Source: Bdellovibrionales bacterium (lineage in GTDB: Bacteria > Bdellovibrionota > UBA1018 > CAIMNF01). Taken from it: 58,014 nucleotides of DNA. The position numbers and the translations under genes are program-made. The DNA is taken from positions 1 through 58,014 of the forward strand of contig JBEIJY010000013.1 of the NCBI GenBank assembly GCA_040380025.1. Reading direction: 5' to 3'. This document shows, piece by piece, positions 28,263 to 39,373 of the stretch (its first letter is position 1; each line of letters opens with the position of its first letter). Under the pieces are notes generated by a model. It did not search any database. It was not told where the DNA came from and was given only the letters and a program-made list of their open reading frames with translations.

Positions 28263-30026
28263 TCAGGGAACGGAGCGGGCATCTTTGATCCGGAGAGTGG
28301 GCGTGGTTCGTCCCATGAATCGGTTTAACTCGGGGATCCCCGCGAAAAAACACCATTCACCGGAACGCGCCGAATTCTCGACCAGTTCGGCGAACTCCAT
28401 GCTCTCGGCCGCATTGAACCAGATGCCATCGAATCGCTTCACCCCGGGGGACCCCAGGCGGAGCTTCAGGTGCCTGCCCTTCAGGACGGACTGTTCTTCG
28501 ACCCGGGCCCGAACCCCGACGAGCGGTTCCGGATTTCCCGGACCGAAGGGCGCAAGCGATTCAAGCTCGGTCAGGACCTTGGAATCAAGCTCGGAAAGCT
28601 CGCATTCGCACTCGAGTTTGAGGGTGTGCGAGGAATCGGATGGCCTTGCCTCGCTGATCTTCGCATCAAAAAGCGCGGCGAAGCGTTCGACCGAGGACGG
28701 ATCGAGCGAGCAACCGGCGGCGAAACGATGGCCTCCGAACCCGAATAAAATGTCACTGCAAAGACGAAGAGCCGCAAGCACATCGTGTCCGCCGAACGAA
28801 CGGACACTTCCCTTTGCGATGCCATCTTCGCGGATCGCAAGAACGATGGCCGGCTTCTTGAAATGCTCGGTCACACGGGAAGCGACGATCCCGACCACTC
28901 CCTCGTGCCAGCCCGGAGACGCGACCACCACGGCATGCTGATAACGCCCCTCGCCGATTCCCTCGTTGACCCGTTCCCGGACCTCGTCCCAAATCTGATT
29001 CTGAAGTTCGGCGCGCTCTTGATTCATGCGCTCCAGAACCTGCGCCAGTCGCTGACCCTCGTCGGGATCGCGGGTGGTCAGCAGGCGATACGCCGTTTCG
29101 GCGGTTCCGAGTCTTCCGGAGGCGTTGATCCGGGGTCCGAGCGCAAACCCCAGGTTCGAGGCGCTTACCAGTTTGACCTCGATTCCGGCCACTTTCATGA
29201 GTGCTCGCAAGCCCGGTTTTTTAGTCTCTCGAAGCACCTGAAGCCCGTGTCGGACGAGAACGCGATTGTCTCCGATGAGCGGAACCATGTCGGCCGCTGT
29301 CGCGATGACAACGAGATCCAACAGTTCCCGCAATTTGGGCTCGGCAATGCCTCGCTCGCTGAAAAACCCGCTCTCGCGCGCTTTGATCCGGATTCCCATG
29401 CAAAGATAGAAGGCCAGCGCACATCCGCAAAGCTGACGAAGACCGGAGGGATCGTCGTTTTGCTGTGGATCGATCGCCGCGAATGCGGGCGGAACACCCT
29501 TCGGGTCGATCGCGTGATGATCGACAATGATGAGATCGACTCCCAAGGCTTTTGCCTTCTCGGCCGGCTCGAAGCTCGTGATCCCGCAGTCCACCGTGAT
29601 CAAAATCGAGACGCCCTCTTCGTGGGCCTTCTCGACGGCGCCGGTGTTCAGTCCGTAGCCGTCCTTGAAGCGGTCCGGCTGGACGACATCGAACTGAAAC
29701 CCGAGATCCCGGAAAAACCACGACAAAAGCGCTGCGCCGGTGGTCCCGTCAACGTCGTAATCGGTGTAGACCCTGATTTTTTCGGGGTTCGCAGAGCGCT
29801 GGGACGCCAGAATCCGATCGACCGCCTTTTCGAGATTCAGAATCCGAAAAGGATGGGTCAGCGAATCGAGGCGTGGATTCACGAACGTATCGACCTCGCC
29901 CGGAGTCATGATTCCGCGGTTCACGCAAACAGTGGCGGCGAGGAGACTCATCCCGGTTTCTTTGGAAAGCGAAAGGGCCGCGTCTTTGCGCGACCCTTCC
30001 TCGTTTTTGAATGAAAATGCCGTCAC
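28263..30026 (-). CDS. recJ: ssDNA exonuclease RecJ
   Basis: DYDVDG, ITVDCG, IVDHH, GPRINASGRL, GSVRS, GGH. Confidence 0.95.
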   Translation of the reverse strand: MTAFSFKNEEGSRKDAALSLSKETGMSLLAATVCVNRGIMTPGEVDTFVNPRLDSLTHPFRILNLEKAVDRILASQRSANPEKIRVYTDYDVDGTTGAALLSWFFRDLGFQFDVVQPDRFKDGYGLNTGAVEKAHEEGVSILITVDCGITSFEPAEKAKALGVDLIIVDHHAIDPKGVPPAFAAIDPQQNDDPSGLRQLCGCALAFYLCMGIRIKARESGFFSERGIAEPKLRELLDLVVIATAADMVPLIGDNRVLVRHGLQVLRETKKPGLRALMKVAGIEVKLVSASNLGFALGPRINASGRLGTAETAYRLLTTRDPDEGQRLAQVLERMNQERAELQNQIWDEVRERVNEGIGEGRYQHAVVVASPGWHEGVVGIVASRVTEHFKKPAIVLAIREDGIAKGSVRSFGGHDVLAALRLCSDILFGFGGHRFAAGCSLDPSSVERFAALFDAKISEARPSDSSHTLKLECECELSELDSKVLTELESLAPFGPGNPEPLVGVRARVEEQSVLKGRHLKLRLGSPGVKRFDGIWFNAAESMEFAELVENSARSGEWCFFAGIPELNRFMGRTTPTLRIKDARSVP

Positions 30027-30030
30027 GGTC

Positions 30031-31002
30031 TCAGAGTCCGATGTGGGCTTCCGGAGAGAGTTTTACCTCGCGTGCTTTTCTGCCCGGACCGCGTTTGTTC
30101 CGGTCCTCGCGGTAGTGGGTCAGGATGATTACCATCGAGGATGCGATGAAGATCGAAGAGTAAGTACCGACGACGATCCCGCACATCAAGGCGAACGAGA
30201 AGGGTTCCAAGACCCGCCCGCCGAACACCCAAAGCATGGCAACGCTCACGAACGTCGAAAGCGAGGTCATGATGGTCCGTCCGAGGGTCTGGTTGATCGA
30301 CTGATTCACCACATCCTCGATCTTCGCGCCGGGGTTCATTTTCAGGGTCTCGCGGACCCGATCGTAAACAATGATCGTATCGTTGTTCGAATACCCGATC
30401 AGGGCCAGAATCGCCGCCAGAACCGTCAGATCGAATTCCTTGCCGGTGACGATGAAGATCCCGATCACAATGATCGCATCATGAAAAAGGGCCAGGATCG
30501 CTCCCGGCGCGTACCGGAAGTCGAAGCGGATCGCGACATACAGGAGGATCGCGATCAGGGCGTAGAACATGGCGAGGAAGCCGTTCTTCCGCAGCAGGCC
30601 ACCCGCCGAGGGGCCCACGATGTCCGCGGATTTGATCTCGAACTCCCCTGCTTTCAGGTCGGTCCCGAGCGTGTCGCCGATTTTTTTGACGATCAGGTTC
30701 AGGTCCTTCCCCTCTTCTTGGGCGCGGATCATGAACTCGCTTTCCTCCGGGGATCCGATTTGGAGGATCTTGAGTCCGGTCAACTCACCCTTCTCGAGGG
30801 TTTCGCGGAGCTTCGCGGTGTCCCAGGCGGTCGGAACCCGCACCTTCACCTCGGCCCCTCCGGTAAAGTCGATGCCGTAATTCAGACCCTTGGTGAAGAA
30901 CAAAGCGATCGTGGCGGCGATCATCACCACCGAGAGCGAAACCCAAAGGAGACGCTTGCCTGTGAAATCGATGTTGGAATTCGGACTGATCAGATGAAAC
31001 AT
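30031..31002 (-). CDS. secF: Protein translocase subunit SecF
   Basis: GIDFTGG, IGYSNNDTIIVYDRVRE, GTYSSIFIA. Confidence 0.95.
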   Translation of the reverse strand: MFHLISPNSNIDFTGKRLLWVSLSVVMIAATIALFFTKGLNYGIDFTGGAEVKVRVPTAWDTAKLRETLEKGELTGLKILQIGSPEESEFMIRAQEEGKDLNLIVKKIGDTLGTDLKAGEFEIKSADIVGPSAGGLLRKNGFLAMFYALIAILLYVAIRFDFRYAPGAILALFHDAIIVIGIFIVTGKEFDLTVLAAILALIGYSNNDTIIVYDRVRETLKMNPGAKIEDVVNQSINQTLGRTIMTSLSTFVSVAMLWVFGGRVLEPFSFALMCGIVVGTYSSIFIASSMVIILTHYREDRNKRGPGRKAREVKLSPEAHIGL

Positions 31003-31018
31003 GATTCGCTCCCTCGCC

Positions 31019-32719
31019 TCAGATGCTCAATGTTTTTGCGCCCCGCTCTTCGAGCTTCTTCAGATAGAAGTCGAAGAAAACGCGACAGACGAATACCGCC
31101 GTGAAAATGGTCGTCACGATCCCCACGATCATGGTGACCGCGAATCCCTTCACCGGACCCGATCCGTACATCATCAGGATCACGGCCGCGATTCCGTTGG
31201 CCACGTTGGCATCGAGAATCGTCTTGAAGGCCTTGTCGAACCCGGCCTCGATGGCGGCCGTGAGCGACTTCCCGAGCCCGAGCTCCTCGCGGATCCGCTC
31301 GTAAATCACCACGTTCGAGTCGACGGCGATTCCCACGGTCAGCGCGATCCCCGCGATCCCGGGGAGAGTGAGCGTCGCCTCAAGCCAGACCAGAATCGCG
31401 AGCACAAGAAGCACATTCAAAAGAAGCGATGCGACCGCGATCAACCCCGAGATGCGGTAGTACACGGCAGTCAGCAAGAACACCGCGAGAATCCCGAGCA
31501 AGCTCGCAAAGGCTCCCTTTGCGACCGAGTCGGCACCGAGACTGGGTCCCACCACTCGTTGCTCCATGAGCTCGAGCTGGGCAGGAAGAGCGCCGGCACG
31601 GAGGACGATGGCGAGATCCCGCGATTCCCGGAGGGCTTCTTCGTATGCCCCGCCGCCGGTGGTGATCACGCCGCGCGCTCCGATTTTCGCATTGATGCTC
31701 GGTGCGGAATGGATGATTCCGTCGAGCACGATGGCCAGACGCTTGCCGATGTTATCGCCGGTGAGTTTTTCGAAATTCGCGGCCCCGCGCGCATTTAGTT
31801 CGAAAGCCACTTGCGGACGATTGGTCTCGGGATCGGGAGAAACCTGGGCGTCCTGCAAATCCCCGCCGGTGACTTCCGCCTTGCCCTTGAGCAGGAACGG
31901 AACCCGCATCGTACCCGACTTCTCGAACGCGATCTCATCGCCCTCGGGAATTTGTGATTTTGCCGCTTCGTTGATCTGCCGCACATAATCGGAGAACTTG
32001 AGGTCTCCGCCCTCTTTGAACTCGAGGTTCTTTTCTTTTTCGATTTTGGCAACCAGTTCCGGCAGAGCGATCGAACGCAGAGCCTCCTCGTCGACCATCT
32101 TGAATTCGAGCTTGGCAGTACGGCCGATCAGGCTTTTCGCGCGCTCCACGTCCTTGATCCCGGGAAGCTCCACCACGACGCGATCATTTCCTTGCGAAGA
32201 GATCTGAGGCTCCGAAACGCCAAACTCGTCGATCCGGTTCCGGATGACCTCGATGCTCTGATTCAGCATCTTCTCGCGGTTGTCATTCCGGAACTCGTTC
32301 GAAAGTCCGAACTCGAGGGATTCGCCCTCGTTCTCGGTCAGACGAAGGCTCGGATAATCCTGTTTCTGGATGTCCAGAATCTGGCTCTTCTTCGCTGCGT
32401 CCACCTTGAAGCGGATCCGCGGATCATCGGCGGGCACCCCCTCGGTCCGGAGCTTGGAGTCCGTCACAGACACGCCCTTTTCTTTCAGGCGCTCCAGAAA
32501 CGAACCCATCTGGCGTTCGGTCACTTCGCGGAAGACCTTGTTGAAGTCCACGCCCATGACCAGATACAGGCCACCCTGGAGGTCCAGCCCCAGATTGATC
32601 TTCTTCGAGAACGGCATGCGCCCGGCGCCGGATTTCAGGAACGTCGGGGCGACCATCAGGATTGCCACCACGGTCACCACTGCCAAAAGCGAGAATTTGC
32701 TCCACCACTTCTTACTCAT
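31019..32719 (-). CDS. secD: Protein translocase subunit SecD
   Basis: LGLDLQGG, RNRIDEFGVSEP, LRAGALPA, VDSNVVIYERIREE. Confidence 0.95.
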   Translation of the reverse strand: MSKKWWSKFSLLAVVTVVAILMVAPTFLKSGAGRMPFSKKINLGLDLQGGLYLVMGVDFNKVFREVTERQMGSFLERLKEKGVSVTDSKLRTEGVPADDPRIRFKVDAAKKSQILDIQKQDYPSLRLTENEGESLEFGLSNEFRNDNREKMLNQSIEVIRNRIDEFGVSEPQISSQGNDRVVVELPGIKDVERAKSLIGRTAKLEFKMVDEEALRSIALPELVAKIEKEKNLEFKEGGDLKFSDYVRQINEAAKSQIPEGDEIAFEKSGTMRVPFLLKGKAEVTGGDLQDAQVSPDPETNRPQVAFELNARGAANFEKLTGDNIGKRLAIVLDGIIHSAPSINAKIGARGVITTGGGAYEEALRESRDLAIVLRAGALPAQLELMEQRVVGPSLGADSVAKGAFASLLGILAVFLLTAVYYRISGLIAVASLLLNVLLVLAILVWLEATLTLPGIAGIALTVGIAVDSNVVIYERIREELGLGKSLTAAIEAGFDKAFKTILDANVANGIAAVILMMYGSGPVKGFAVTMIVGIVTTIFTAVFVCRVFFDFYLKKLEERGAKTLSI

Positions 32720-32756
32720 GCGTCCTCCCGATCACGATGTTGATGCGATTTTGATT

Positions 32757-33224
32757 TCAGGCGTTCGATTGGAGATCTTTGATCTGGCCCTTGACGACCT
32801 GGTTCACCTGGCTCTTCAGAACCTTGAGCTGTACGTTCTTCGATACCTCAAGAGTGACGACCTTGTCGTTCATTCCGGCGACAGTTCCGAGAATTCCGGC
32901 CGAGGTCACAACCTCATCACCGTTCTTCAGGTTGCTGATCAGCGCCTGATGTTCCTTCATGCGCTTTTGCTGGGGACGAATCATCAGGAAGTACATGATT
33001 CCGAGCATGACCACGAAGGGCAGAGCCATACCGAGCATTCCCGGTTGCTGGGGGGCCGGAGCGGCTGTGGTTTGGGTTGCGACTGCGGCTTCGGGGGCGG
33101 CCGGTTGGCCGGGAGCTACAACAGCCGGAGCAGATGGCTCGACCACCTCATCGGCGAACGAAGCGGGAACAGAAAGAACGGTTAAAGTGCTGAATACTAA
33201 AGAAAAAAGAATCGAATTTTTCAT
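32757..33224 (-). CDS. yajC: Preprotein translocase subunit YajC with signal-like Ala/Pro-rich N-extension
   Basis: YFLMIRPQQKR...LKNGDEVVTSAGILG; tgt-yajC-secDF synteny. Confidence 0.9.
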   Translation of the reverse strand: MKNSILFSLVFSTLTVLSVPASFADEVVEPSAPAVVAPGQPAAPEAAVATQTTAAPAPQQPGMLGMALPFVVMLGIMYFLMIRPQQKRMKEHQALISNLKNGDEVVTSAGILGTVAGMNDKVVTLEVSKNVQLKVLKSQVNQVVKGQIKDLQSNA

Positions 33225-33229
33225 GATTC

Positions 33230-34471
<1,242 letters not shown>

Positions 34472-34582
34472 TCATGATTGATGCAAATCGTCAAAGCCCT
34501 CCCCCCGCCTGTTCCCGCCCCTGCCCGAAAAAAATCGTAAACATGACATTGCCCCAGCATGAAAATGTGCTATCTTTGATTC

Positions 34583-35185
34583 ATGGCCGAAACGAAATTC
34601 CGTCAAAGCGCCCTGCACGAAACCCTCCCCGTCGGATCCGGGAGCCGCGCGAAGATCCGCGCCCTCCTCCACCCCCGTGTCGCGCACGGCGGACCGCAAT
34701 CGCGCGGGAAGCGCAAAACCGCCCGCCCCTTCGAGAAAAAAGCACCTTTGCATGTGGTTCTCTCTTCGAAACGCGCTAAAGGGGCGTGGTCGCTCGAGCA
34801 CAGGCGCAACCGCTCCCGGATCAGCGGCATGATGTACACCTACGCCGAGCGCTTCAAAGTGAAGGTTCTTCAGGCGCGCATCGAGGGCGGGAGGATCCAC
34901 CTTTTGGTGCGGGCCCGCGATCGCAAGGCGCTGGCGGATTTTCTTCGTGTTTTGGCCGGACGGGTGGCTGTGGTGGTGAGCGGAGCCAAGAGGAATGTCA
35001 AAAAAGTGGGGAAATTCTGGGATGAGCTGTGCTGGTCACGTCTCGTGAACTGGGGGCGCGAGTTCCATCACGCGATGAATGTCGTGCGCGAGGGAATTCC
35101 CGCCGCGATGGAAAGCCAGAATGCGCACGAAGACGCGGCAAAAAAACCGGACGGAACGGCCGGGCCAGGGCCGGATTCGTTGTGA
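34583..35185 (+). mobile_element. Y1 (IS200/RAYT-like) HUH transposase homologue, catalytic residues degenerate
   Basis: RKTARPF...PLHVVL, GRIHLLV at the HUH position, FW, SRLV..GREF; no Tyr in the expected catalytic helix. Confidence 0.7.
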
Positions 35186-35201
35186 AGGCCTGGAACCGGT
35201 G

Positions 35202-35285
35202 CAAACTGCCCCCTTTGAGTGTGCCTGATCTGTACGGTGTTTCGGGAAAGGGGCTGGGTCAAGCACACTCAAAGGGGGCAGTTTG
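35202..35285. repeat. 23-bp perfect inverted repeat (REP/REPIN-like) downstream of Y1 transposase homologue
   Basis: CAAACTGCCCCCTTTGAGTGTGC (35202-35224) / GCACACTCAAAGGGGGCAGTTTG (35263-35285). Confidence 0.9.
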
Positions 35286-35327
35286 AGCGGGTTCCAGATC
35301 CAAAATCGGGATTTCAACCGCAATACC

Positions 35328-36482
35328 TCACCTTTTCTTGGCCGGAACCACCATGAAATACAGCTCGCCCGTCCGGTCCGTCCGGCCCGCCGCGACCTCG
35401 GCATACTGACCTTCTCCCCAGAACACATCCACGCGTCCGGGCCCGAGAATCGCACCCCCCGTGTCTTGCGCCACCACGAACCGGGCAAAACTCTTCCAGC
35501 TGAGCGCCTGATCGCCCTCCACTGCATCCGGGCGCTCCGTCCGGATCAGACCCACCATTCCGAGCGGGAACTGCCTCGGATCGACCGCCACCGAATGAAG
35601 CGGAGTCAGAATCGCGCCCGAGCTGCCGTAGGGGCCTTTGTCTTCCTGTTTGAAGAACACGAAACTCTCGTTTTGATACGCGAACTGCGTCCACTGTTCG
35701 GGATGAAGTTCGACGAAATACTTTCGGATCCCCTGAAGATTGATGAACTCTTCGGGAATTCCTGCCTCCCGCATTTTGCGACCAAGCGAGGTGTAGGGTC
35801 TTCCGTTCTCGTTCGAATAATTCACGATTCTCCGGGTAACGCCCCCCTGCCCATCCTCGAACAAAAGAGCACCCGAGCCCTGCACCTGAAGAATGAAAGG
35901 ATCGACCGGATTATCGAGGTATCCGAGCTCAAGCCCCCTCCCGCGGAGCACTCCCTCGCCTTCGATCTGGGCGCGGGTGAAATAGGGTTTTCGAAGATCA
36001 GACGGAGCCGCATACACCGGATACCGGTAGACCGCATCCGGGGTCTCCTTGGCCCGATGGACCGGGAAGAAGTATCCCGTGAATTGCACTTCGCCCGTAT
36101 CGGGTTTTCCGGTCGAGCGGTACCAATCCAACTGCAGCCTCGCCTTGGCGAAAATCTCTTTCAATCCGAGTCCCGCATCCAGTTCCTTGAGGAACCAACG
36201 GGCCGTGCCCTCGCACCAGCGTTCGCGGGCGATCTTGCTTCCGGCAACGACGAAGTGGGAAGGGAGTCGTTTGCACTCCGGAATCTGACGAAGGAGCGCG
36301 GTCCGGAACAACTCGCGTGAGCCCTCCCGATCAGAATCGGCAGAAGCGTCCTCGACCTGCATCTCGGGGATTTCGCTCCGGGAAAGCTTCTTGAGCGAGA
36401 CTCCGCCCTGATCGGCGAAGGCCGGCGAGAGCCCCAAAACAAAAGCAGACATGGCAAGCAATCGAATTCCCGTGTGTCTCAT
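35328..36482 (-). CDS. mltA: Lytic murein transglycosylase A
   Basis: FTGYF, LQVQGSG, NESFVFF, SVAVDP, AQDTGGAI...RVDVFWG. Confidence 0.9.
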   Translation of the reverse strand: MRHTGIRLLAMSAFVLGLSPAFADQGGVSLKKLSRSEIPEMQVEDASADSDREGSRELFRTALLRQIPECKRLPSHFVVAGSKIARERWCEGTARWFLKELDAGLGLKEIFAKARLQLDWYRSTGKPDTGEVQFTGYFFPVHRAKETPDAVYRYPVYAAPSDLRKPYFTRAQIEGEGVLRGRGLELGYLDNPVDPFILQVQGSGALLFEDGQGGVTRRIVNYSNENGRPYTSLGRKMREAGIPEEFINLQGIRKYFVELHPEQWTQFAYQNESFVFFKQEDKGPYGSSGAILTPLHSVAVDPRQFPLGMVGLIRTERPDAVEGDQALSWKSFARFVVAQDTGGAILGPGRVDVFWGEGQYAEVAAGRTDRTGELYFMVVPAKKR

Positions 36483-36586
36483 TCAGAACTTCCCCCTTTT
36501 GATCCCGTCCCGCCGATCCTAAAGAATCCATCCGCGATTCGCAATGTCCCTCTCCCAAAACTTCCCATCTTTGATAAGCTCGGACC

Positions 36587-37570
36587 ATGAGCACCCACTA
36601 CCTCGGAATCGACATCGGGGGCACAAAAACCGAAGTGACCCTGATTTCGCTTTCGAACCCGAAGGATTTTGCGAGCCATCAGGTTGTTGCACGCAAGCGG
36701 ATTCCCACGGACCGGAACCACGGACTGTCCCGATATCTGCACCATCTTCGGGTGCTCATTCAAGAATTACTCCACGGCGAATCCTTGCAAGTCGGCGACC
36801 TCGCCGGAATCGGAACCGGTCTTCCGGGCTCGATCCATCCGGTGCTCCAGCAAATGGTTCAGGGAAGCATTCCGTTTTTCAGGAATCAGGACCTGAAGCA
36901 AACCTTCCGGAGCCATCTCGGTTATGACGGGGTGATGGTGTTCGAGAACGATGCCAACTGCTTCGCTCTCGCCGAATCCCGCTTTGGCGCCGGTGCCGCG
37001 TGGGCGCACGAAAATGCTCTTCCCCTCTCCGAGCTGTGCCTGTTGGGGGTGACGCTCGGAACCGGAGTGGGAGGAGGAATCATTGCCCGGGGCGAACTCA
37101 TCCGCGGGAGACGCGGCGGCGCGGGCGAGATCGGCCACATCACCTTGAGAGAATTCGATCGGCCCTGTTACTGCGGAAAGTTCGGATGCGCCGAGCAGTT
37201 TCTTTCGGGCCCCGCTCTCGAACTCTCCTACCAGTTGCGGGCCCCGGGATCGCAAGGGATCCCGGGACGCGAAGTGTTCCGGCTCGCCCGGGAGCAGGAC
37301 CCCTTTGCGACCGCGACCATCGCGGCCTACCGCGAAACCCTCGTCCGGTTCTTATCGAATCTCTCGAACATTCTGGACCCGCACGTGATCGTGCTCGGCG
37401 GGGGCTTGAGCCTCGAAGAAGATGTCTATCCGGGACTTGAAGAGCGCCTGAGCGAGGGCTGTTTTCTGACCGAAGAACCACCTGCGGTCCTTCCGAATCA
37501 ACTCGGCGATGCCGGTGGCGCGATTGGCGCCGCTTATCTTGCATTCCTCGAAAGGGAGAGAACCGAATGA
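36587..37570 (+). CDS. ROK-family sugar kinase
   Basis: GIDIGGTK, ENDANCFALAE, LGTGVGGG, GEIGH, CYCGKFGC. Confidence 0.92.
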   Translation: MSTHYLGIDIGGTKTEVTLISLSNPKDFASHQVVARKRIPTDRNHGLSRYLHHLRVLIQELLHGESLQVGDLAGIGTGLPGSIHPVLQQMVQGSIPFFRNQDLKQTFRSHLGYDGVMVFENDANCFALAESRFGAGAAWAHENALPLSELCLLGVTLGTGVGGGIIARGELIRGRRGGAGEIGHITLREFDRPCYCGKFGCAEQFLSGPALELSYQLRAPGSQGIPGREVFRLAREQDPFATATIAAYRETLVRFLSNLSNILDPHVIVLGGGLSLEEDVYPGLEERLSEGCFLTEEPPAVLPNQLGDAGGAIGAAYLAFLERERTE

Positions 37571-38262
37571 TCACCCGGAAACTCTTTACCGCTCCTACCT
37601 ATGCCCTTCTCGATAACCCGAAAATCCGGAACCGGATCATTCTCGAGGTCCGGAAACTCAAGCCCGAGGTCGAAGTCAGTGTCGAGGGGTGCCCCGATCT
37701 CGCACGCGGAAAAATCATCGAGTGGAACGAGAAGAACAAACTCTTCACCGTGCACTGGAAATCCGTTCCGGATGCGTTCGCGCTTCAAACCGGCTCTCAA
37801 ACCGGACTTCGAAGTTTTTTCAAGACCCATGTGTTCACGACCCAGCTGTTGTTCAAAACCGAGATCGTCCGGAGGATGGACGAAGCCCATTATCAGTACC
37901 GGATTCCCGAGGCGTTCTATCAGAACCAAAGAAGGAAGGCGCTTCGGGTCCCTTTGCCCGCCGGAACGGCCTGGCTTGCGAGCGACCGGGGATCCTTTCC
38001 GATCCTCGATTTGAGTGTTTCGGGCGCCGCTCTCAAAATCCGCGCCGATCAGTTTCCTGAGGTCCTGAAGCTCGAGAACTGCGAGCTGATCCTACGGAAC
38101 AAGCGGATCGGCACCCCGCAGTTTGGAATCACCTTCACGCGCAGGGGCGAGGATCAAGCGGGATGTCGCTTTCACGGGCTGAATGAAGGCATCCATGTCG
38201 AAATCAAACAATTCCTTTTTGAGTTTCTTCAAGTGTACTTCAAGGATAAAACCCAATCATGA
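37567..38262 (+). CDS. PilZ-domain c-di-GMP-binding protein (YcgR-like architecture)
   Basis: QRRKALR (RxxxR) and DLSVSG (DxSxxG). Confidence 0.8.
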   Translation: MITRKLFTAPTYALLDNPKIRNRIILEVRKLKPEVEVSVEGCPDLARGKIIEWNEKNKLFTVHWKSVPDAFALQTGSQTGLRSFFKTHVFTTQLLFKTEIVRRMDEAHYQYRIPEAFYQNQRRKALRVPLPAGTAWLASDRGSFPILDLSVSGAALKIRADQFPEVLKLENCELILRNKRIGTPQFGITFTRRGEDQAGCRFHGLNEGIHVEIKQFLFEFLQVYFKDKTQS

Positions 38263-39236
38263 TGAGACAAGACCCTGTCAGCTGGCTTTACCCCGCAATC
38301 GAACCGCGCATGACCGGAATGCTTCCCGTCACCGACGGCCACACGCTTTATTTTGAAGAATCCGGGAATCCCGACGGCAAGCCCGTCGTTTTTTTGCATG
38401 GCGGCCCCGGTGGAAACGCGGGGCCCGATGACCGCAGGTTTTTTGATCCGGATCAGTACCGCATCGTCCTTCTTCATCAGCGGGGCGCAGGAAAGTCGCT
38501 TCCTGCTGCGTCTTTGCACGAGAACACCACCTGGAAGCTCGTGTCCGATATCGAAGCCCTGCGCGAACATCTCGGGATTGCGTGCTGGCAGGTCTTCGGT
38601 GGCTCCTGGGGAAGCACACTTGCCCTCGCGTATGCGATCCAACATCCGGAGCGGGTGACCGAGCTCGTGTTGCGCGGGATTTTCATGGTGCGGAAGTCCG
38701 AGCTCGATTGGCTTTATCAAGAAGGGGGAGCCTCGCAGTTGTTTCCGGACGAGTGGGAGAAGTTCCGCGATTTCATCCCGGAGTTCGAACGCGGCGACAT
38801 GATCGCCGCCTACCGAAAACGCCTGATCGATCCGGACCCTGCGGTTCAGCTGGCGGCGGCGGTGCCGTGGACGACCTGGGAGATGACCACCAGCCGTCTC
38901 TACACTCCGCCAGAGATGATCCGGGCAATGATGACCGATGATTTTGCCGTGAAGCTCGCTCGGATCGAGACCCATTATTTTGTGAATCGCGGCTTCTTCG
39001 AGACCGAAACCTGGATCTTCGAGAATCTTCACCGGATTCGCTCGATTCCGGCCGTGATCGTTCATGGCCGGTACGACGTGGTTTGCCCGATCAGAACCGG
39101 CTGGGAGCTTCACCAGGCCTGGCCCGAGGCGAAGTTCGTGGCGGTTCCGGATGCCGGGCACGCCTCGCGGGAACCCGGAATCGCTCGGGCGCTCGTTGCG
39201 GCCACCGACCGGTTTTCGGGCGGATCAAACCGGTAA
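38259..39236 (+). CDS. pip: Prolyl aminopeptidase
   Basis: HGGPG, GGSWGSTL, GRYDVVCP, DAGH. Confidence 0.95.
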   Translation: MMRQDPVSWLYPAIEPRMTGMLPVTDGHTLYFEESGNPDGKPVVFLHGGPGGNAGPDDRRFFDPDQYRIVLLHQRGAGKSLPAASLHENTTWKLVSDIEALREHLGIACWQVFGGSWGSTLALAYAIQHPERVTELVLRGIFMVRKSELDWLYQEGGASQLFPDEWEKFRDFIPEFERGDMIAAYRKRLIDPDPAVQLAAAVPWTTWEMTTSRLYTPPEMIRAMMTDDFAVKLARIETHYFVNRGFFETETWIFENLHRIRSIPAVIVHGRYDVVCPIRTGWELHQAWPEAKFVAVPDAGHASREPGIARALVAATDRFSGGSNR

Positions 39237-39293
39237 AATCAGACTTGCCGAAACGACGAACTCCGGATAAAAGAAGGGTCTTCCACTCTTCTC

Positions 39294-39370
39294 GGCTCGG
39301 TAGCTCAGTTGGTTAGAGCACCGCATTCATAACGCGGGGGTCGGCAGTTCAAGTCTGCCCCGAGCCACCA
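39294..39370 (+). tRNA. tRNA-Met(CAT), probably elongator
   Basis: GGCTCGG/CCGAGCC acceptor + ACCA; TTCATAA loop; G1-C72 pair argues against fMet, Ile2 not fully excluded. Confidence 0.9.
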
Positions 39371-39373
39371 TTT

